Assembly (NCBI GenBank): GCA_965203925.1
Contig: OZ241924.1
Coordinates: 4,971,195 to 5,035,194 of the forward strand
DNA: 64,000 bases
Direction: 5' to 3'
Origin: Bryobacterales bacterium
GTDB lineage: Bacteria > Acidobacteriota > Terriglobia > Bryobacterales > UBA6623
Part shown: piece by piece, positions 58,968 through 64,000 of the stretch
Position numbering within the stretch: the first letter of the stretch is position 1
How the letters are laid out: the number at the start of each line of letters is the position of its first letter
Translations under genes and position numbers: made by a program
Notes under the pieces: generated by a model
What the model was told of the DNA's origin: nothing
Seen by the model: the letters and a program-made list of their open reading frames with translations, nothing else
Databases searched by the model: none

Positions 58968-60572
58968 ATGATCGGAAACGTCACCAGACGACACTTCTTC
59001 TTCGGGAGCCTCTTGGCCGGGGCAGTGCCGGCTGGCGGCTACGGGACCGTCCCATCCCTCAAGAGGATGGGGTACAAATCTCCCAACGAGAAGCTCAACG
59101 TGGCAGCTATCGGGGCAGGCGGACGCCCCGCCCTGGTGCTGACGCATTGCGAGACGCAGAACATTGTCGCGCTCGCCGACGTGGACTGGGAGCGCGGCGC
59201 GGAAGGATTCGCCTACTGGCCCAAGGCCGCCCGGTACAAAGACTACCGAGTCATGCTCGAGAAGTCCGGCAAGGACATCGACGCAGTAGTGGTGGGTACT
59301 CCCGACCACACCCACGCCGCGTGCGCCTTGGCCTGCATGCAAGAGGGAAAGCACGTCTACGTCGAGAAGCCGCTCACGAGGACGGCATGGGAAGCGCGCC
59401 TGCTTAGGGAAGCTGCCGGGCGGTACGGCGTCGCGACCCAGATGGGCAACCAAGGCTACTCCCACGAAGCCACGCGTGTTGCTTGCGAGATCCTTTGGTC
59501 CGGTGAGATCGGCGACGTGTCCGAGGTTCATGCCTGGATGAGACCAGCGATCTGGCCCCAAGGCATGAAGACTGTGGCGGCACCATCCCCGATACCGAAT
59601 ACTCTGGACTGGGATCTCTGGCTCGGAGGGGCCGCAGAGCGGCCATTCACGGCCGGCGACGAGAACTATCGCCAGTTTGCGGCTGAACGGTTCCAAGGGC
59701 TCGGCATGCGTGCCCGGCCGCCACGGCCCCAGGCATCGCAAGGTCAAGGCGCCGCTGGTCGGGCCGAGGGGCCAACACGACCACGCGGCGGCGGATTCGA
59801 CCCGTCCCGGTACGGCTTCTACCTGCCCTTCAACTGGCGTGGCTTCCACGACTTCGGCTCCGGTCTCATCGGCGATTGGGGCATACACATTTTGGGACCG
59901 GCGAACTGGGGACTGCAGCTGGGGCCGGAGAGCTTGGAGAGCGTCCAGTGTGTCCACAAGGACTCGTCTCCCCCATTCACATTCCCTGACAGGCTCACGC
60001 TGCGGTACGACTTTGCCGCGCGGCCCAACATGCCGCCGGTCTCGGTGTACTGGCACAACACCAGCGGCGACGCCTACTTGCCCGACGGAATGACCGCGGA
60101 GCAGGCCCGCAAGATCGAAGGACAGGGTCCACAGGTCGGACCGAGGGGCGGTCGACGTGGTGGGCCGCCGCGACAGCCCCAGGGAAGCGGCTACAACTGC
60201 ATCTTCGTCGGCTCCAAGGGGTACCTCGGTACGAGCGGACGAGGCGAAGGTGTCGGCCTGCTGCCAGGCTCGCGATGGGCCGAGTACAAGCTTCCGCCGT
60301 CGTTTCTTGCGCGCTCGCCAGGCGCCGCGACGGGAAGCAACACAACGGCGCATGTCCACGACTGGATCCGCGCTTGCAAAGGGGGCTCACAGGCCTGCTC
60401 CAACTTCGACTTGGCCGCTCCATTCACGGAGTGGCTCGTTCTCGGTGCGGCGGCCGTCCACTTTGACGACAAACTCTTGTGGGACAACGAAGCTGGCGAG
60501 TTCTCGAATTTCAAGGATGCGAACAGCTGGGTGAAGCCCAGCTATCGGAGGGGTTGGGAGCTGCACCTGTAG
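58968..60572 (+). CDS. Tat-exported Gfo/Idh/MocA oxidoreductase
   Basis: TRRHFF; IGAGG, TPDHTH, HVYVEKP, TQMGNQG, NWRGFHDFGSG..GDWGIH; AGGAG RBS. Confidence 0.93.
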   Translation: MIGNVTRRHFFFGSLLAGAVPAGGYGTVPSLKRMGYKSPNEKLNVAAIGAGGRPALVLTHCETQNIVALADVDWERGAEGFAYWPKAARYKDYRVMLEKSGKDIDAVVVGTPDHTHAACALACMQEGKHVYVEKPLTRTAWEARLLREAAGRYGVATQMGNQGYSHEATRVACEILWSGEIGDVSEVHAWMRPAIWPQGMKTVAAPSPIPNTLDWDLWLGGAAERPFTAGDENYRQFAAERFQGLGMRARPPRPQASQGQGAAGRAEGPTRPRGGGFDPSRYGFYLPFNWRGFHDFGSGLIGDWGIHILGPANWGLQLGPESLESVQCVHKDSSPPFTFPDRLTLRYDFAARPNMPPVSVYWHNTSGDAYLPDGMTAEQARKIEGQGPQVGPRGGRRGGPPRQPQGSGYNCIFVGSKGYLGTSGRGEGVGLLPGSRWAEYKLPPSFLARSPGAATGSNTTAHVHDWIRACKGGSQACSNFDLAAPFTEWLVLGAAAVHFDDKLLWDNEAGEFSNFKDANSWVKPSYRRGWELHL

Positions 60573-61000
60573 GCTGTTTTCTGGTTCGCTCGGGCTATGA
60601 CGGAAGCACGACGTGCGCCGTACGCTCGGTTCGCCCAGTTGGGCCAAGTTCAGGGTATTGCCGCCGGACCTCTCGCGCTCCGGCCTGCCGAGTGCTTCCA
60701 GGCTGGAACGGTCCAGCTTCGGTGGGGCGGGCGACCGGCAACGGTGGGGGCATCTGCACGGCCCCTCATCGGCGGCGGACGGGAAGATGTCCCCGATGTC
60801 GCGGGAATCGCATACAGGAGACGGTACCAGCGACCGCGCCGCCAGCCGCAGCTGCATGCGGAACGCCCTAACACTGGCGTGAAGAGGCTCCGAGCGTCGC
60901 CGCGAATCCGAACTCGACCGGGCCGAACGGGCCTGCACCTCGGGCCCGACGCACAGCCCGACCCCCTCAAACAGTGGGATCATCAAGCCAAGGACTGGCA

Positions 61001-62335
61001 ATGCTCCACAGCACTACCCTGCGATCGATCTGCGTCGCCACACTCACATGGAGCATCCTGTTCGCTCTGCTAGGAAGGGCCTTTGGTGAGGACTGGCCTG
61101 AGTGGCGCGGCGCGGGTCGGCGGGGCGAGTGGAACGAGAGCGGGATTGTCCGGATCTTCCCCAAAGAAGGCCTCAGGGTGGTGTGGCGAGTACGACTGGG
61201 CTCCGGATACTCCGGCCCCAGCGTGTCGCGAGGACGGGTGTTCGCATCCGACTTCCTGCGCACCGGTGCCCGCCTTGGTAGCGAGGGCCTTGTCGCCTTC
61301 GACCAAGAGTCGGGAGAGCGTCTGTGGGAGAAAAGATGGCCAGCGGACTACGCTGGGATCGAATACCCGTCAGGCCCAAGAGCCACGCCCACGGTTGATG
61401 GCGATCGGGTCTACGCTGTTGGAGCCTCGGGAACGCTCGTTTGTGCGAGCGTCGAAGACGGCCAAGTGCTGTGGACGCGAACCTTCACGGGAGACTTCGG
61501 GACACAACTGCCCCCATGGGGAATGTCGAGCGCCCCGGTCGTGCATGGAGATCTGCTGATCGCGGTTGTAGCTGGCCGTCCCGACGCCAAGGTCGTAGCG
61601 TTCGACAAACACACCGGCGCTGAGGTATGGCGGGCACTCTCCTCCGAAAACTCCGGTCCCGGCTATTCCCAGCCGATCCTGATCCAAGTCGGCATCCAGC
61701 CGGCGGTTGTGATCTGGCACGCTGGCGGTGTAGCCGCGCTGGAGCCGGAATCGGGGCGCTTGCTCTGGGAACAACCGTTTCGCATTCGGATGGAGACCCC
61801 GATCGCGACACCGGCCTGGCGCAGGCCACTCCTGCTCGTGTCAGCATTCTTCAACGGTTCCCGCCTGTACCACGTTGGCTCGGACGGCACGACGCTGCTC
61901 TGGAAGGGCTCCAGTGACAGCGGTGTTGAGACCGACGGCCTCCACGCTCTGATGAACGCCCCCGTGATCGACGGTGACCACGTCTACGGGATCTGCAGTT
62001 ACGGCCAATTGCGGTGCCTGCAACTGTCGACCGGGAAGCGGGTCTGGGAAACGCAGGAAGTGACCCGCGAGCGAGTGCGGAACGCCTCGGCCTTCGTGGT
62101 GCGCAGTGGGGATCGGTACTTCATCAGCAATGATCGCGGAGAACTGATCATTGCCGGCCTCTCACCGTCGGGGTACACGGAGTTCTGCCGGACTGAGCTG
62201 ATCCGGCCAACGTCCGAGCCAGGCGCCCGACGCGAACGGGGAGCGGTCCACTGGTCCCACCCGGCATATGCGGAGCGCAGCGTGTTTGTGCGCAACGACG
62301 AGGAGATTCTTCGCGCGTCGCTGGCTGCGGATTAG
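61001..62335 (+). CDS. PQQ-binding-like beta-propeller protein
   Basis: EDWPEWRG, GYSGPSV, PRATPTVDG, repeated G..LW blades, WSHPA. Confidence 0.9.
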   Translation: MLHSTTLRSICVATLTWSILFALLGRAFGEDWPEWRGAGRRGEWNESGIVRIFPKEGLRVVWRVRLGSGYSGPSVSRGRVFASDFLRTGARLGSEGLVAFDQESGERLWEKRWPADYAGIEYPSGPRATPTVDGDRVYAVGASGTLVCASVEDGQVLWTRTFTGDFGTQLPPWGMSSAPVVHGDLLIAVVAGRPDAKVVAFDKHTGAEVWRALSSENSGPGYSQPILIQVGIQPAVVIWHAGGVAALEPESGRLLWEQPFRIRMETPIATPAWRRPLLLVSAFFNGSRLYHVGSDGTTLLWKGSSDSGVETDGLHALMNAPVIDGDHVYGICSYGQLRCLQLSTGKRVWETQEVTRERVRNASAFVVRSGDRYFISNDRGELIIAGLSPSGYTEFCRTELIRPTSEPGARRERGAVHWSHPAYAERSVFVRNDEEILRASLAAD

Positions 62336-62507
62336 GCGATCTTGAAGGGTACACGGACTCCCTCTTGTGGGGGCACAGCAGGCCAAGCAATGCCGATTCC
62401 CGCCTCCATAGGGAGACGCTCAGAGTCCAATTGCGAGTGCTGAAGGCACACCTATGCCGCTGGAGCATCGGAGCCCGCATAAGATAGGGTTGCCTTGGAG
62501 GTGATGC

Positions 62508-63359
62508 ATGACCCGTAGACAGTTGCTGCTGGCGGCATCGGGATCGGTCGCCGCCGTTACGGCGGGGCAGAAACTGATTCGCCGCGGTTCCCACAGTGAT
62601 CTGACCCTACGCCTCTTGGCCCGCGCACGTACGGCCAACGGTGACACGGTCCAGCCGGTCGTCCGATCCCTGCTGTGGAAGGCATCCCGGACGGCGATCA
62701 TCGTCTGCGACATGTGGGACGACCACTACTGCAAGAGTTCAGTCTCCCGACTGGAGGCTATGGTTCCCGAGATGAATCGCGTGCTGGACGGAGCGCGGTC
62801 TCTAGGTGTCTCAGTCATCCATGCTCCAAGCGGAACCATGGATTTCTATGCCGATACGCCACAGCGGGCGAGCGTGCAAACCGCCCCTTATGCAGATCCG
62901 CCGGTGCCGATAGCGGGATGGTGCGATCTTGACCCGGCGACCGAGACGCCACTGCCGATCGACGACGAGCATCCCTGCGACGACGAAGTCGTGGGAGATC
63001 GGGTCAGGCGCTGGACGAGGCAGCACCCCGACTTGCACATCGCGCAAGGGGACGGGATCAGCGACGACGGCCAGGAGATCTTCAACTACTTCGCGCTCAA
63101 GGGAATCCGCAACGTGGCAATCATGGGCGTCCACACGAACATCTGCGTGTTGGGCCGCCCCTTCGGAATTCGCCAGCAGGTGCGCCTAGGGAAGAATGTG
63201 GCACTCGTCCGAGATCTCACGGACTCCATGTACGATCCGAGGGACAGGCCCTTCGTGAGCCATGAGCGAGGGACGGAACTGGTGATTGAGCACATAGAAC
63301 GGTACTGGTGCCCATCGATCCTAGGCTCCGACCTTGCCGAGGCGCATCTAGCGAGCTGA
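62508..63359 (+). CDS. Isochorismatase/cysteine-hydrolase family protein with RR signal
   Basis: MTRRQLL; IVCDMWDDH, IHAPS, MGVHTNICV, RDLTD; GGAGG RBS. Confidence 0.85.
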   Translation: MTRRQLLLAASGSVAAVTAGQKLIRRGSHSDLTLRLLARARTANGDTVQPVVRSLLWKASRTAIIVCDMWDDHYCKSSVSRLEAMVPEMNRVLDGARSLGVSVIHAPSGTMDFYADTPQRASVQTAPYADPPVPIAGWCDLDPATETPLPIDDEHPCDDEVVGDRVRRWTRQHPDLHIAQGDGISDDGQEIFNYFALKGIRNVAIMGVHTNICVLGRPFGIRQQVRLGKNVALVRDLTDSMYDPRDRPFVSHERGTELVIEHIERYWCPSILGSDLAEAHLAS

Positions 63360-63849
63360 GCCGACGTAGCCGGGCGAGTCCGAACTCGCACGACGTCCCC
63401 GGGACAGGAAGCCCACCCTGCTCTCGCCTTCCGGATCGGTCTTGCCGGTGCGAGCTGGCGTGGATGGTGCGTCAGCGGGCGAAGCCGGGGAGAACGGGAC
63501 CCTCGCGGCGGTCGACGATTCGCGGTCTGAACTGACTTGAAAGGATGTCGGGGAGCTTGGCCTTCCAGTACTCATCCACATGGCCGGCCCTGACGCGTTC
63601 TTCCTGTCCACTGACAGATTCAGCGAGCGCTGGGACGAACTTGCCCACACGAAGGCTGGTCAATCCATGAGGGGACCTATGGGCTGACACTCAGCCGACA
63701 GCGCGCCCCGTTTGCCAGCACTCCCTGACCATTCCGATGCGCCCCGGACTGAGCGAACCGAGACAGACCGTGGCAATGCTCCCGATCACGGGATGACGCG
63801 TCGAATTGAGCAAGCGGCCCATTCTGCCAACATCCGGCTGCGGGATCCC

Positions 63850-63999
63850 TCAGCCCTGAGTCCCAGTCGGTCCCCGTTCGAGGATTCTTCGCATCTCGCC
63901 TAGAGTTCCGGAGTGCCCCGGCAAGTTGGCGAGGTTGGTGAATTCTCGGGGATCACTTGAGTGGTCGTAGAGCTCTTCTCCTCCGCCATCCCCTTCCCA
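63850..63999 (-). CDS. C-terminal end of a sulfatase (gene continues beyond window)
   Basis: WEGDGGGEELYDHSSDPREFTNLA matches the ELYDxxxDPxExxNLA sulfatase tail; stop at 63850. Confidence 0.8.
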   Translation of the reverse strand, partial: WEGDGGGEELYDHSSDPREFTNLANLPGHSGTLGEMRRILERGPTGTQG

Positions 64000-64000
64000 G

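Noticed and set aside
60573-61000. ORFs or repeats in the 430-bp gap before the PQQ-like gene
   Set aside because: No convincing coding signal, repeat or stable structure seen.
63472-63690. 72-aa minus-strand ORF in the gap after the isochorismatase gene
   Set aside because: No recognisable family or RBS; cannot distinguish from chance or a gene remnant.

Overview
High-GC bacterial chromosomal segment with about 50 protein-coding genes. The gene content points to Acidobacteriota, probably Bryobacterales-like (inference from the VWFA-Acidobacterial protein, DUF1549/1553/1501 pairs, CehA/McbA-type PHP proteins and long acidic Tat tails). It opens in the 3' half of RNase P RNA. Housekeeping genes include hemH, pncA, galU, uppS, cdsA, dnaB, a waaC-like gene, msrA, lysA, mobA, ispG, tatA/tatC and an rsbW/STAS pair. 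These are mixed with many exported hydrolases: three sulfatases (one partial), PhoD, four PHP-fold proteins, GDSL and SMP-30. No transposase, integrase, prophage or CRISPR array was seen. Strongest leads: (1) two DUF1549/DUF1553 + Tat-exported DUF1501 modules, one with a PPC-repeat partner; (2) a ~125-nt structured element between an NAD-salvage operon and hemH; (3) two intact but apparently dead enzymes, DeoC-like and HldE-nucleotidyltransferase-like; (4) matching acidic Tyr-rich tails on TatA/B and TatC; (5) a ~1-kb structured gene-free gap before dnaB; (6) many apparently leaderless genes. Family calls come from motif recognition by eye; no searches were run.
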